Positions 35,900 to 45,533 of a stretch of DNA of 64,000 nt are shown here, in pieces. The stretch is taken from the NCBI GenBank assembly GCA_942493385.1, contig OW818699.1, positions 726,808 through 790,807 on the forward strand, in the 5' to 3' direction. Under the pieces are notes generated by a model that did no database searches, was not told the origin of the DNA, and saw nothing but the letters and a program-made list of their open reading frames with translations. Source of the DNA: an uncultured Bacteroidales bacterium (GTDB taxonomy: Bacteria > Bacteroidota > Bacteroidia > Bacteroidales > UBA1402). Made by a program: the position numbers and the translations under genes. Positions within the stretch are counted from its first letter, which is position 1. Every line of letters starts with the position of its first letter.

Positions 35900-36691
35900 T
35901 TATACCTCCTTGTTTTTAAGTGCCAGATAGGCTCCACTCCAACAAACAAATGGTGTTGCGTAGAAAATGATTTGTACAATTCTAAACATTGTTTTCCAGA
36001 GTTGAGGAATATCTTGATTCATCAATTGTTCAAGATCGCCCATGTTTTGAATGTTGATGTTTGTATTGGTGAAATGGAACGAGTCTTTATTTATGTGTTC
36101 AAAGATGTAAGTGGCAGTTAAGCCCAAAACGATCATGACTCCAAAAATCATAAGGGTCGTTTTACCCACGGGATTTTTTTTGAAGTAGGCTGAACCTAAG
36201 AAATAAAGGGATTGAAAGAACATCACACCCCAGAAAAGGTTAGTAATGGCTGTCCAACTTTGAATGTTTACAGGCGCATTCATGTCATAAATCAAATTTC
36301 CCGTGAACATGCAAAGGATGTGCGTCAGGTTGTACGTCAGGGTAATGGTGATGAATGTAAACAGGGTTGAATAAATCCAAGCTGCTGAAAATTTGTCGAC
36401 TGTATTGGAGGGCATCATTAAGTAATGGATTCCCCCAACGGAAGAACGGAGTTTGGTAAACACATCGGTGCTGATCAGGATGGCAATCACCAAAAAAATG
36501 AAATCCGGACTGGCGATGGCATCAATGGCCATCTTATTATTCATCACATCAGATCCATTTCCAAATTTGAAGAAAAGGAAATGCTTAAAAATGATCCAAA
36601 GGGTAAAAATCATCAAAATGACACCGTGTCGGCGAGAAAGTAGCCGGAACAAGGCATTGAATTCGTATGATGTTCGTTGTAGTGTAAGCAT
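35900..36691 (-). CDS. Polytopic membrane protein (probable ABC-2-type permease partner of the upstream ATPase)
   Basis: 263 aa with about six hydrophobic helices and no recognisable motif. It is tightly packed between the ATPase and GntR genes. Confidence 0.5.
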   Translation of the reverse strand: MLTLQRTSYEFNALFRLLSRRHGVILMIFTLWIIFKHFLFFKFGNGSDVMNNKMAIDAIASPDFIFLVIAILISTDVFTKLRSSVGGIHYLMMPSNTVDKFSAAWIYSTLFTFITITLTYNLTHILCMFTGNLIYDMNAPVNIQSWTAITNLFWGVMFFQSLYFLGSAYFKKNPVGKTTLMIFGVMIVLGLTATYIFEHINKDSFHFTNTNINIQNMGDLEQLMNQDIPQLWKTMFRIVQIIFYATPFVCWSGAYLALKNKEV

Positions 36692-36702
36692 AGTTGTAAA
36701 TT

Positions 36703-37542
36703 TTACAGGTGAAACAATTGTGTGATGACGGCTGGTTGCTGTGTAGCGAAATTGAACAGGACCTCCAGATCCAGCTTGCTATCTACTTTGTCGGTGTTGT
36801 TGAAAACTGCCAGAAAGCCTTTAGGTGTGAATTCGCTGTATAACATGCCTGGTTGGTTCTCAATCGACATCAGTGTCTTGAACAGGAGTTTGTCGCAGAT
36901 GGCATCTGTTGTCTGGTTCAGCAGAATCCGACTTTCGTCCAGGATGATGATTCGGTCGATGAGGCTTTCCAAATCGCGCACTTGGTGAGTTGAGAGTACC
37001 ATACAGCGGTCGTCTGTGATGAGTTCAGCAGCTAATTTTCGGAATTGACCTTTGGAAGGAATGTCCAGACCATTGGTGGGTTCGTCCATGATCAAAATCT
37101 TGCATTGGGTAGCCAGTGCAAAGCTGATGGCCACTTTTTTCTTTTGACCGAACGACATGTTCTTTAGCTTGTCACTGATGTTGATCTCAAATTCTCGAAG
37201 GCATTTGTCAAAGATGTTCGTATCAAATTTGGGATACGCACCGGCATACATCTTGAGGTAATCTTCTATGTTGGTGTCAGGAAGCCAGATCTCTTCTGTG
37301 AGGAAGTAGATATCTTCCAACATTACGGCATTTCTCTTTTTTGATTCCATGCCCAAAACCTTGCAACTACCTTGTTGGGGAAAGCGAAGGCCTGCAATAA
37401 GCTTCAACAAGGTTGTTTTACCAGCACCGTTCTTACCCAGCAGTCCATATATATGGCCACCTTCCATGCTGAGCGACAGGTTGTTAAAAATTCCGTTTTT
37501 TTTCTTTGAGTAGGTGAAGCTCAAGTTTTGTACTTCAATCAT
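36703..37542 (-). CDS. ABC transporter ATP-binding protein (YtrB-like, ABC-2 type)
   Basis: 279 aa. Motifs: Walker A GKNGAGKTT, signature MSFGQKKKV, Walker B ILIMDEPTNGLD. Confidence 0.85.
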   Translation of the reverse strand: MIEVQNLSFTYSKKKNGIFNNLSLSMEGGHIYGLLGKNGAGKTTLLKLIAGLRFPQQGSCKVLGMESKKRNAVMLEDIYFLTEEIWLPDTNIEDYLKMYAGAYPKFDTNIFDKCLREFEINISDKLKNMSFGQKKKVAISFALATQCKILIMDEPTNGLDIPSKGQFRKLAAELITDDRCMVLSTHQVRDLESLIDRIIILDESRILLNQTTDAICDKLLFKTLMSIENQPGMLYSEFTPKGFLAVFNNTDKVDSKLDLEVLFNFATQQPAVITQLFHL

Positions 37543-37555
37543 GTGTTATCGTTCT

Positions 37556-37579
37556 GGTGTATTAATGTACTAAGACACC
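37556..37579. promoter_or_regulatory. Short inverted repeat GGTGT-N14-ACACC in the leader of the 8-gene operon (weak candidate GntR operator)
   Basis: It lies 14-37 nt upstream of the ATG at 37542, and the spacer contains the palindrome ATTAAT. The arms are only 5 bp, so chance occurrence is plausible. Confidence 0.2.
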
Positions 37580-37748
37580 GCAAAGAAAATACACTTTTTA
37601 GTAGTTTCCAAATTTTTTTCGGTTTTTTTTCAAACTTTTTTTTGAAAGGGGCAGAAATGTTGATTAGGACTTAAATAATTTGACGTTCGTTTTATGGAAA
37701 ACCCTCTTTTTTTTACATAAAAAGTGCTTTTAAACACGAAGAATTATG

Positions 37749-37756
37749 TAGCTTTG
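37749..37756 (+). promoter_or_regulatory. Candidate -7 promoter box TAGCTTTG for purH-mre cluster
   Basis: Exact TAnnTTTG match 47 nt upstream of the purH ATG at 37803. Confidence 0.4.
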
Positions 37757-37802
37757 CGCCCTAATGCTAGCCTTTTGTAAGGTCTCAACAAATTTTGCTC
37801 CT

Positions 37803-39329
37803 ATGTCTGTAAATAAAGTCATTAAAACAGCCCTCGTATCGGTTTACTACAAGGATGGTCTGGATGAAATCCTCATCAAACTGCACGAACAAGGGGTGTC
37901 GTTCCTTTCTACCGGAGGAACCCAACAATTCATCGAATCCTTAGGTCTGCCCTGCAAAGCGGTGGAAGATCTTACCGGTTATCCGTCCATTTTGGGTGGC
38001 CGCGTCAAAACCCTTCACCCCAAAGTTTTCGGTGGCATTTTGACCCGCCGCGACCTTGTCAAGGACAAAGAACAATGCGAAGAATACGAGATTCCCGAAA
38101 TCGATTTGGTGATCGTTGACCTTTATCCTTTTGAGGAAACCGTCGCTTCAGACGCTTCTGCCGAAGATATTGTGGAAAAAATCGACATCGGTGGCATCTC
38201 CCTCATTCGTGCTGCTGCCAAAAACTTCAACGATGTGGTCATCGTGGCTTCCAAAGGTCAGTATGCACCTTTGTTGAACATCATCAACGAAAAAGGTGCT
38301 GAAACTTCCATCGAAGACCGTCGTTGGTTTGCAAAGGAAGCGTTCGGCGTCTCTTCTTTATACGATTCAGCCATTTTCAATTGGTTCGACGGTGGCGAAG
38401 GGTCTCAGTTCCGCAGTGCGATGGACAATGCCAAGCCACTGCGTTACGGTGAAAACCCGCACCAAAGGGGTTACTTTTACGGCGACTTCGACGAAATGTT
38501 CGAACAACTGCAGGGCAAGGAAATTTCGTACAACAATCTGCTCGATATCGACGCTGCTGTTTCGCTGATCAATGATTTTGACGAAACGACGTTTGCCATC
38601 CTTAAACACAACAATGCTTGCGGCATCGCTTCACGTCCGGTTTTGAAAGAAGCTTGGGCAGCCGCTTTGGCTGGTGACCCTGTTTCCGCATTCGGAGGCG
38701 TTCTAATCACCAATGCCGTGGTTAATGAGGCCACTGCAGAGGAAATCAACAAGATATTCTTCGAAGTGATCATTGCCCCTGATTACGATGTGGAAGCATT
38801 GAAAATACTTACTTCCAAAAAGAATCGCATCATCCTTATTTTGAAAGAGGATTTCTGCGTTCCAAAAAAACAATTCCGCTCGCTACTCAACGGTGTGTTG
38901 GTTCAGGACAAGGATGCGCATACCGAAGAGGTGGAAGATCTGAAAACGGTAACCATCCATACGCCAAGCGCTTCGGAAGTCAAGGACATGCTTTTCGCCA
39001 ACATTATCGTGAAGCATACCAAATCGAACGCCATTGTTCTGGTTAAGGACGGGCAACTCTGCGCAAGCGGTGTGGGCCAGACATCCCGTGTGGATGCCCT
39101 ACGTCAGGCCATCGATAAGGCAGCAAGCTTCAATATGAACCTGAACGGTGCTGTTATGGCATCCGACGCGTTCTTCCCCTTCCCCGACTGCGTGGAAATC
39201 GCCGACGAGGCAGGTATCAAAGCTGTTATTCACCCGGGTGGATCCATCAACGATCAGAAATCGATCGACTATTGCAATGAACATGATCTGGCCATGGTTT
39301 TGACCGGATACAGACATTTTAAACATTAA
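37803..39329 (+). CDS. purH: Bifunctional AICAR transformylase / IMP cyclohydrolase
   Basis: The ATG at 37803 (MSVNKVIKTALVSVYYKDGL) gives 508 aa. It has an MGS-like N-terminal domain and a conserved AICARFT region (KHNNACGIA, the C-terminal GYRHFKH). Confidence 0.95.
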   Translation: MSVNKVIKTALVSVYYKDGLDEILIKLHEQGVSFLSTGGTQQFIESLGLPCKAVEDLTGYPSILGGRVKTLHPKVFGGILTRRDLVKDKEQCEEYEIPEIDLVIVDLYPFEETVASDASAEDIVEKIDIGGISLIRAAAKNFNDVVIVASKGQYAPLLNIINEKGAETSIEDRRWFAKEAFGVSSLYDSAIFNWFDGGEGSQFRSAMDNAKPLRYGENPHQRGYFYGDFDEMFEQLQGKEISYNNLLDIDAAVSLINDFDETTFAILKHNNACGIASRPVLKEAWAAALAGDPVSAFGGVLITNAVVNEATAEEINKIFFEVIIAPDYDVEALKILTSKKNRIILILKEDFCVPKKQFRSLLNGVLVQDKDAHTEEVEDLKTVTIHTPSASEVKDMLFANIIVKHTKSNAIVLVKDGQLCASGVGQTSRVDALRQAIDKAASFNMNLNGAVMASDAFFPFPDCVEIADEAGIKAVIHPGGSINDQKSIDYCNEHDLAMVLTGYRHFKH

Positions 39330-39336
39330 TACGACT

Positions 39337-40356
39337 ATGGGACTATTTTCTTTTACACAGGAAATCGCCATGGACTTGGGTACGGCGAATACCATCATCA
39401 CCTGCAACGATAAGATTGTGGTTGATGAACCCAGCATTGTTGCTCTTGACAGACGAACCGACAAGCTTTTGGCAGTTGGTACTCAGGCTCAGTTGATGCA
39501 CGGCAAGACACCAGAAAACATCAAAACGGTTCGTCCTTTGCGGGACGGTGTGATTGCCGACTTCTATGCTGCCGAGCAGATGATGCGTGGCCTCATTAAG
39601 ATGGCTACCTCCAAAAAACGACTTTTCTCCCCGAACCTGCGCATGGTTATTTGCGTTCCGTCAGGTTCCACCGAAGTGGAATTGCGTGCGGTACGTGACT
39701 CTGCCGAGCATGCTGGTGGCCGGGATGTCTATATGATTTTTGAGCCCATGGCTGCGGCCATCGGTATCGGCATCGATGTGGAAGCGCCTGAAGGCAACAT
39801 GATTGTTGACATAGGTGGTGGCACGACTGAAATCGCCATCATCTCTTTGGGCGGCATCGTGGCCAACAAGTCCATCCGCATCGCCGGTGACGACTTTACA
39901 GCCGACATTCAGGAGTACATGCGCCGTCAACATAATTTACGCGTTGGTGAACGTACTGCCGAGCAAATCAAGATCAATGTAGGTTCTGCCTTGACCGAAC
40001 TGGAAAATCCGCCGGAAGACTACATCGTTCACGGTCCGAATCAAATGACGGCTTTGCCCATGGAAGTGCCTGTTTCTTATCAGGAGATTGCCCACTGTCT
40101 TGAAAAATCCATTTCGAAAGTGGAAATGGCTGTTTTGAGCGCTTTGGAACAAACGCCTCCTGAATTGTATTCGGACATTGTTCGCCGTGGTGTTTACTTG
40201 GCAGGTGGTGGGGCGCTGCTTCGCGGTTTGGCTAAGCGTCTGGGTGACAAGATCAATATTCCGTTCAATATTGCTGAGGATCCGTTGAGGGCTGTTGCTC
40301 GCGGGACCGGAATAGCTCTAAAGAATGTGGATAAATTCAATTTCCTTATACGTTAG
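39337..40356 (+). CDS. mreB: Rod-shape-determining actin homologue MreB
   Basis: 339 aa. Motifs: MDLGTANTII, DIGGGTTEIA, VYLAGGGALLRGL. Confidence 0.95.
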   Translation: MGLFSFTQEIAMDLGTANTIITCNDKIVVDEPSIVALDRRTDKLLAVGTQAQLMHGKTPENIKTVRPLRDGVIADFYAAEQMMRGLIKMATSKKRLFSPNLRMVICVPSGSTEVELRAVRDSAEHAGGRDVYMIFEPMAAAIGIGIDVEAPEGNMIVDIGGGTTEIAIISLGGIVANKSIRIAGDDFTADIQEYMRRQHNLRVGERTAEQIKINVGSALTELENPPEDYIVHGPNQMTALPMEVPVSYQEIAHCLEKSISKVEMAVLSALEQTPPELYSDIVRRGVYLAGGGALLRGLAKRLGDKINIPFNIAEDPLRAVARGTGIALKNVDKFNFLIR

Positions 40357-40367
40357 AAATCTTCTTG

Positions 40368-40394
40368 AATCGTCCGGCTATTTGTCGGACGATT
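40368..40394 (+). terminator. Perfect 9-bp hairpin between mreB and mreC (possible partial terminator/attenuator)
   Basis: AATCGTCCG-GCTATTTGT-CGGACGATT followed by TGATGTT. It starts 12 nt after the mreB stop. Confidence 0.35.
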
Positions 40395-40427
40395 TGATGT
40401 TAAATACCTTTACCGAATTTCTGCCCG

Positions 40428-41267
40428 ATGCGAAATATCCTGAGGTTCCTTGCCAAATACAGTACAATCCTGCTGTTCATCTTGATGCAGGCAATTTCGC
40501 TGTACTTGTTGTTCAACTACAACAATTTTCAGCAAAGTGCCTTGTTCAGTACGGCAAACAAACTGAATGGTTGGATCTATACGGTAGAGGAAAAAGTATA
40601 CGGTTATTTCAACTTGCGTTCTAATAATGAGAGCCTGCTTCGGGAAAACAATGAGTTGGGGCTTCGGATCGCACATCTGGAATCCGCACTGAGAACCTAT
40701 ATGGATTCCACCAAAATACCCTTGCTTCGTATGAAACAATCCGAAGAGTTCAGTCTGATTCCTGCCAGGGTCATTCAGAATTCTGTCACCCATTATCGAA
40801 ACTACATCACACTGAATGTTGGGAAAGTAGATGGGGTCAAGCCTGAAATGGGGGTGGCGAATGCGGATGGAATCGTCGGTGTGATCAGCCTCGTAACGAA
40901 TTATTATTCCGTTGTCATACCAGTGCTAAATAGGGACCAGCGGTTTAGTTGCAAATTGAAAAATATCAAAGCAAGCGGCTCGTTGGCTTGGGACGGATTC
41001 GACAGAAGGTTCGCCTATTTGGAAGAAATTCCACCCTACGTGGCTGTATCAAAAGGTGATACAGTAGTGACCAGTGGTTTCTCCGCAGTATTTCCAGAAG
41101 GCCTTATGGTGGGTACCGTCGAAGATTACAAAGTTAGTGACGATGCCAACTACCTTCGTTTGAAAATCCGTTTGTCCACTCGTTTTGATGCCCTATCGAA
41201 TGTTCGGGTCATCCGTTACAAACACCGGGGTGAATTAAAAAAACTGGAAAAGGAGGCCGCCTTATGA
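40428..41267 (+). CDS. mreC: Rod-shape-determining protein MreC
   Basis: 279 aa with an N-terminal TM, a coiled coil and a beta-rich C-terminal domain. Assigned mainly by its position in the mreBCD order. Confidence 0.85.
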   Translation: MRNILRFLAKYSTILLFILMQAISLYLLFNYNNFQQSALFSTANKLNGWIYTVEEKVYGYFNLRSNNESLLRENNELGLRIAHLESALRTYMDSTKIPLLRMKQSEEFSLIPARVIQNSVTHYRNYITLNVGKVDGVKPEMGVANADGIVGVISLVTNYYSVVIPVLNRDQRFSCKLKNIKASGSLAWDGFDRRFAYLEEIPPYVAVSKGDTVVTSGFSAVFPEGLMVGTVEDYKVSDDANYLRLKIRLSTRFDALSNVRVIRYKHRGELKKLEKEAAL

Positions 41268-41776
41268 AACGATACCTAAATCCAATCCTTTGGTTTCTTG
41301 GGCTGATTGGCCTGCAGGTGTTCATCCTAAACAATACCCATTTTTTGGGCGTGTTTCTTCCCATCGTTTATATTTACGCTCTGCTTCGTTGGCCGCCTGA
41401 TACTTCACCTGTGCTGGTCATCTTGTTTGGATTTATCCTGGGCCTATCGGTGGACGTGTTGTCAAATACTCCTGGAATGAACGCTTCGGCCACAACTTTG
41501 ATTGGGTTTCTACGATACCCCACTTTAAGGCTGTTTGTTAACAAAGACGATCTCGGTACCAAAGATATCGGAGAAACAACCTTGGCCAATGGCGCGTTTT
41601 GGAAATACACCATTTTGCTGGTGCTGATTCATCACACCACCCTTTTAATACTGGAAGCCTTCTCCTTTTCCAACGGCTTTCTTTTGCTCCTGAAGATCCC
41701 TGTTTGTACGTTTTTGACTCTGATCTTTATTTTTGCGTTCGAACGTATTAACGGTAAAAAGGATGCAAGGGATTGA
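41264..41776 (+). CDS. mreD: Rod-shape-determining protein MreD
   Basis: 170-aa polytopic membrane protein. It overlaps the mreC stop by 4 nt. Confidence 0.8.
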   Translation: MKRYLNPILWFLGLIGLQVFILNNTHFLGVFLPIVYIYALLRWPPDTSPVLVILFGFILGLSVDVLSNTPGMNASATTLIGFLRYPTLRLFVNKDDLGTKDIGETTLANGAFWKYTILLVLIHHTTLLILEAFSFSNGFLLLLKIPVCTFLTLIFIFAFERINGKKDARD

Positions 41777-43610
41777 ATCACTTCGCCGAAAGAACGTAAT
41801 CGTCCTCATCATTCTGGGAGTGATTTTGATTTTTGTTATACGGCTGGCAGTACTTCAGCTGTTTTCATCCGATTACAAAGCATTCGCTGACAGCAATGCA
41901 TTTTTAAAAAAATCAATTTATCCTGCCCGTGGTTCAATTTTCGATCGAAACGGAAAGTTGATGGTTTATAACAAACCGGCATATGACGTCATGCTGATCC
42001 TACGTGAAATGGTGGAACTGGATACCTTGGATTTCTGTCAAACAGTAGGCATAACCAAAGAAGAGTTTGAGGAACGCATTGTTGAAATCAAGGACCGACG
42101 GAAGAATCCTGGTTATTCATCCTATACGCCACAGTTGTTTTTGACTCAAATGAGTGTTGAAACGTATGGAGTTTTGCAGGAAAAACTGTTTCATTTCAGA
42201 GGTTTCAGTGTTCGTAGCAGAACGTTGCGCGAGTACATGCAACCGATTGGTTCCCATGCATTGGGTTATGTGGCTGAAGTGAATCGTGGTGATATGGAAA
42301 AAGATCCGTACTATGTTTTGGGCGACTTCAGCGGGCGTTCCGGCATAGAAAAAGAGTATGAGGACGAATTGCGTGGCATCAAGGGTGTGGAAGTCATGTT
42401 GCGAGATGCACACGGTCGACTAAAGGGTCGATACGAAAAGGGTGCCCACGACATCAAAGCTCAACCGGGAAAGGATCTGACGCTTTCCATCGATGCCGAA
42501 CTGCAAGCGTATGCCGAAAAACTGATGGTCAACAAACGTGGTGCCATCGTGGCCATTGAACCGCAAACGGGAGAAATTCTGGCCTATGTTTCTGCACCTA
42601 CTTACGATCCGGGTTTGCTGGTGGGAAGGGAGCGGGCGAGGAATTTTAAAGCACTTCAGGAATCGCCTCATAAGGTGTTTCTGAACCGACCCATTCAGTC
42701 CAATTACCCGCCTGGATCCACCTTTAAACCGGCGCAAGCGTTGGTCTTGTTGCAGGAAAACGTCATCAATCCATACACGAGTGTGGCTTGTCATATGGGT
42801 TATTATTATGCTCCCGGACATAAAGTTGGTTGCCATGCGCATTCATCACCTCTGAACTTGATTCCCGCCATAGCCAATTCCTGCAATGCCTATTTTTGCT
42901 CTGGCTACCGTGCAATGATGGATAGTAAAAAGTATCCGAACATCCAGGCCTCCATGGATAAATGGAAAGACTACATGGTTTCTCTGGGCTTTGGTTATAA
43001 GCTGGGTGTCGATTTGCCTTATGAAAAAAGAGGCATGATTCCCAACAGTACGTATTACAACAAGTGGTACGGAAAACGTGGATGGAGAGGTGCCACGATC
43101 ATTTCGAACGCCATCGGTCAGGGTGAGGTCTTGGCAACGCCCATGCAGATTGCAAACTTTTGTACCATCATTGCCAACAAAGGCTGGTACATCACACCGC
43201 ATTTGGTTAAAAAAGTGAAGGGTGCTCCGTTGGATACGTTGTATTCCCGAAAACATTTCACGATGGTCGACTCAACCTATTTCACCTATATACAAGAAGG
43301 CATGAGGGGCGCTGTCGTAAGTGGAACGTCTACCGGTGTGGATGTGCCTGGAATTGAAGTTTGCGGCAAAACTGGTACGGCTCAGAATGCCGGAGCAGAC
43401 CATTCCATTTTCATGTGTTTTGCACCAAGACAGAATCCCAAGATTTGTTTGCTGATTTTTGTGGAGAACGGGGGGTTTGGTGCCACCGTTGCCGTTCCGA
43501 TGGCCAGTTTGCTTTTGGAAAAATACCTGAAAGGAAGCATTGCCGAAAACCGTATCTGGAAGGAAGAAAATTTGTTGAAAATAAATTTGATGCGTTATGT
43601 CTCGCCATGA
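41763..43610 (+). CDS. mrdA: Penicillin-binding protein 2 (elongasome transpeptidase)
   Basis: The ORF-track start at 41733 is TTG; there is an ATG at 41763. Active-site motifs are STFK (PPGSTFKP), SCN and KTGTA. Confidence 0.9.
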   Translation: MQGIESLRRKNVIVLIILGVILIFVIRLAVLQLFSSDYKAFADSNAFLKKSIYPARGSIFDRNGKLMVYNKPAYDVMLILREMVELDTLDFCQTVGITKEEFEERIVEIKDRRKNPGYSSYTPQLFLTQMSVETYGVLQEKLFHFRGFSVRSRTLREYMQPIGSHALGYVAEVNRGDMEKDPYYVLGDFSGRSGIEKEYEDELRGIKGVEVMLRDAHGRLKGRYEKGAHDIKAQPGKDLTLSIDAELQAYAEKLMVNKRGAIVAIEPQTGEILAYVSAPTYDPGLLVGRERARNFKALQESPHKVFLNRPIQSNYPPGSTFKPAQALVLLQENVINPYTSVACHMGYYYAPGHKVGCHAHSSPLNLIPAIANSCNAYFCSGYRAMMDSKKYPNIQASMDKWKDYMVSLGFGYKLGVDLPYEKRGMIPNSTYYNKWYGKRGWRGATIISNAIGQGEVLATPMQIANFCTIIANKGWYITPHLVKKVKGAPLDTLYSRKHFTMVDSTYFTYIQEGMRGAVVSGTSTGVDVPGIEVCGKTGTAQNAGADHSIFMCFAPRQNPKICLLIFVENGGFGATVAVPMASLLLEKYLKGSIAENRIWKEENLLKINLMRYVSP

Positions 43611-45057
43611 TAGCAACAGTGTTTGGAGGTCGCTGGACTGGTTGGTCTTTGCGTTGTACCTTACCCTTGCTCTGGCTGGCTGCCTGAGCATTTATGGGGC
43701 GAGCTATGACTTTGACAATGCTGGATTCTTTAATTTTCAACAACGTTCAGGCATGCAGTTGGTCTGGCTTGGAACTTCTTTATTCTTAGGCATTTGCATC
43801 TTATTGATAGATGCCAACAATTTCTTTTCCTGGTCATTCGTTATCTATCTGGGTATTATTGGGCTTTTAGTACTCACTATCATCTTGGGGACAGATGTGA
43901 AGGGTTCCCATTCATGGCTTGTGCTGGGACCTCTTCGAATACAACCTGCTGAATTCGCCAAATTTGCAGTTGCTCTGCTTTTGGCCAGATATATGAGTTC
44001 ATACAGTTTCAACATGAAATCGATGAAAGGTTATCTGGGTGTGGCCGGCATCATCTTGTTGCCAGTTGGTCTTATCTTTCTGCAGAATGAAACCGGTTCG
44101 GCCTTGGTGTTCTTTTCGTTGATGCTGATGTTATACCGTGAAGGTATGCCTGGCATCATCCTGTTTGCTGTCGTTTGCATGGCGACCTTCTTTGTGGTCG
44201 GCCTTAAATATGCTGCACTGATTTTCCTTGGTGCGACGGTGGTAGGCCAGTTCGCTGTATTGTTGCTGGTTTTGATCGTGGTCATCGGCATGGTACTGAT
44301 CTATCGCAGGGATGAGCAGACCACCCGTATTTTGATTTTCCTGAATGCTCCACTTTTACTCATTGGGATTCTTCTCAATGCTTTTGGTTGGTTTGTTTTC
44401 AATTTATGTTTCCTGCAAATCGGATTGTTGGTGGTTTCATTCATCTATCTGATGTTTCAAACGTTACGGTTTCACACCTCTGAATATGTTTTGATCGGTG
44501 TTTTTGCCTTGTTCTCAGCTGGTTTTTTATATTCGACGGATTATGCCTTCAATAAAGTGTTGGAACCGCATCAACAGATTCGAATTCAGGTATTGTTGGG
44601 CATGGAAGACGATCCCAGCGGTGCCGGTTACAATGTGAATCAGTCCAAGATTGCCATTGGTTCAGGCGGTTTCTTTGGCAAAGGCTTTCTGAATGGTACC
44701 CAAACCAAGCTGAAGTATGTGCCTGAGCAAGATACTGACTTTATTTTCTGCACCGTAGGAGAGGAGGAAGGGTTCCTCGGCTCTGTATTCATCCTGGGTT
44801 TGTATGTGGCTTTGTTGCTACGCCTCATCACCATGGCAGAGCGTCAACGATCGGCATTTTCGAGAATATATGGGTATTGCGTGGTCAGCATCCTGTTTTT
44901 CCACGTCTTTATCAATATCGGAATGGTGCTCGGCCTTTTGCCTGTAATCGGTATTCCCTTGCCATTCATCAGTTATGGGGGCTCTTCCCTTTGGGCTTTC
45001 ACCATCTTGTTGTTTATCTTTCTCCGCCTGGACGCGGATAGGTCGCAACGTCGCTAA
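43597..45057 (+). CDS. rodA: SEDS-family peptidoglycan polymerase RodA
   Basis: 486-aa polytopic protein with GSGGFFGKGFLNGTQTKLKYVPEQDTDFIF. It overlaps mrdA by 14 nt. Confidence 0.9.
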   Translation: MSRHDSNSVWRSLDWLVFALYLTLALAGCLSIYGASYDFDNAGFFNFQQRSGMQLVWLGTSLFLGICILLIDANNFFSWSFVIYLGIIGLLVLTIILGTDVKGSHSWLVLGPLRIQPAEFAKFAVALLLARYMSSYSFNMKSMKGYLGVAGIILLPVGLIFLQNETGSALVFFSLMLMLYREGMPGIILFAVVCMATFFVVGLKYAALIFLGATVVGQFAVLLLVLIVVIGMVLIYRRDEQTTRILIFLNAPLLLIGILLNAFGWFVFNLCFLQIGLLVVSFIYLMFQTLRFHTSEYVLIGVFALFSAGFLYSTDYAFNKVLEPHQQIRIQVLLGMEDDPSGAGYNVNQSKIAIGSGGFFGKGFLNGTQTKLKYVPEQDTDFIFCTVGEEEGFLGSVFILGLYVALLLRLITMAERQRSAFSRIYGYCVVSILFFHVFINIGMVLGLLPVIGIPLPFISYGGSSLWAFTILLFIFLRLDADRSQRR

Positions 45058-45533
45058 TCTTTTTCTGAAAACAGATGAATGCCTACATCTTCGATGCCAG
45101 GTAACGTTTCGTCCTTAAGTCCGTGCTGGACTTCAATGCTGAACCATCTTGTCCCAAATGTCTTTTTCACATCCAAGTCAGGCAGCCGTTGAGTCAGGCT
45201 GTAAATGGAACCCCAGCCTGATCCAAGCCAACGGCCGCTTGGCTCAGAGAGCTTCCAGTTGATGGAATCCAATCGGTTGGTTCCGTCGGAGGTTCTGGTT
45301 CGGATGTACATCCATAAGTTTTGATATGGAAAAAGATTGGAATGTCGAATATTCACCTCGAAACAAATTTTTTCGGGAACGTCGTCACGAATACTATCCT
45401 GAAAGTAGAGGGTTTCGTTCAAGTCCCAACCCTTTGCCGGAATGGTTTCCGAATGGTTGTAGTGGCTGTTTACCTGACACGACAGGAAAGCAACACCGAT
45501 GAGGCAAAGTGCTGGAAGAAAAGAGCGGAACAT
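45054..45533 (-). CDS. gldH: Gliding-motility/T9SS-associated lipoprotein GldH
   Basis: 159 aa with a lipoprotein signal (LIGVAFLSCQ). The size, the sequence (NIRHSNLFPYQNLWMYIRT) and the position after ricT-holB fit the GldH family as I recall it. Confidence 0.7.
   Translation of the reverse strand: MFRSFLPALCLIGVAFLSCQVNSHYNHSETIPAKGWDLNETLYFQDSIRDDVPEKICFEVNIRHSNLFPYQNLWMYIRTRTSDGTNRLDSINWKLSEPSGRWLGSGWGSIYSLTQRLPDLDVKKTFGTRWFSIEVQHGLKDETLPGIEDVGIHLFSEKD

Noticed and set aside
37611-37647. Three T runs of 7-8 nt spaced 10-13 bp apart, plus TTTCAAA/TTTGAAA, in the divergent promoter region
   Set aside because: This probably reflects intrinsic curvature or UP-like AT-rich promoter DNA. There is no specific motif to support a distinct feature.
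37543-37802. I looked for a ZTP (pfl) riboswitch upstream of purH, a common arrangement
   Set aside because: No GGGTCGTGAC-type or CCGCCTGGGC-type conserved core is present. The leader from the -7 box to the ATG is only about 45 nt and AT-rich.
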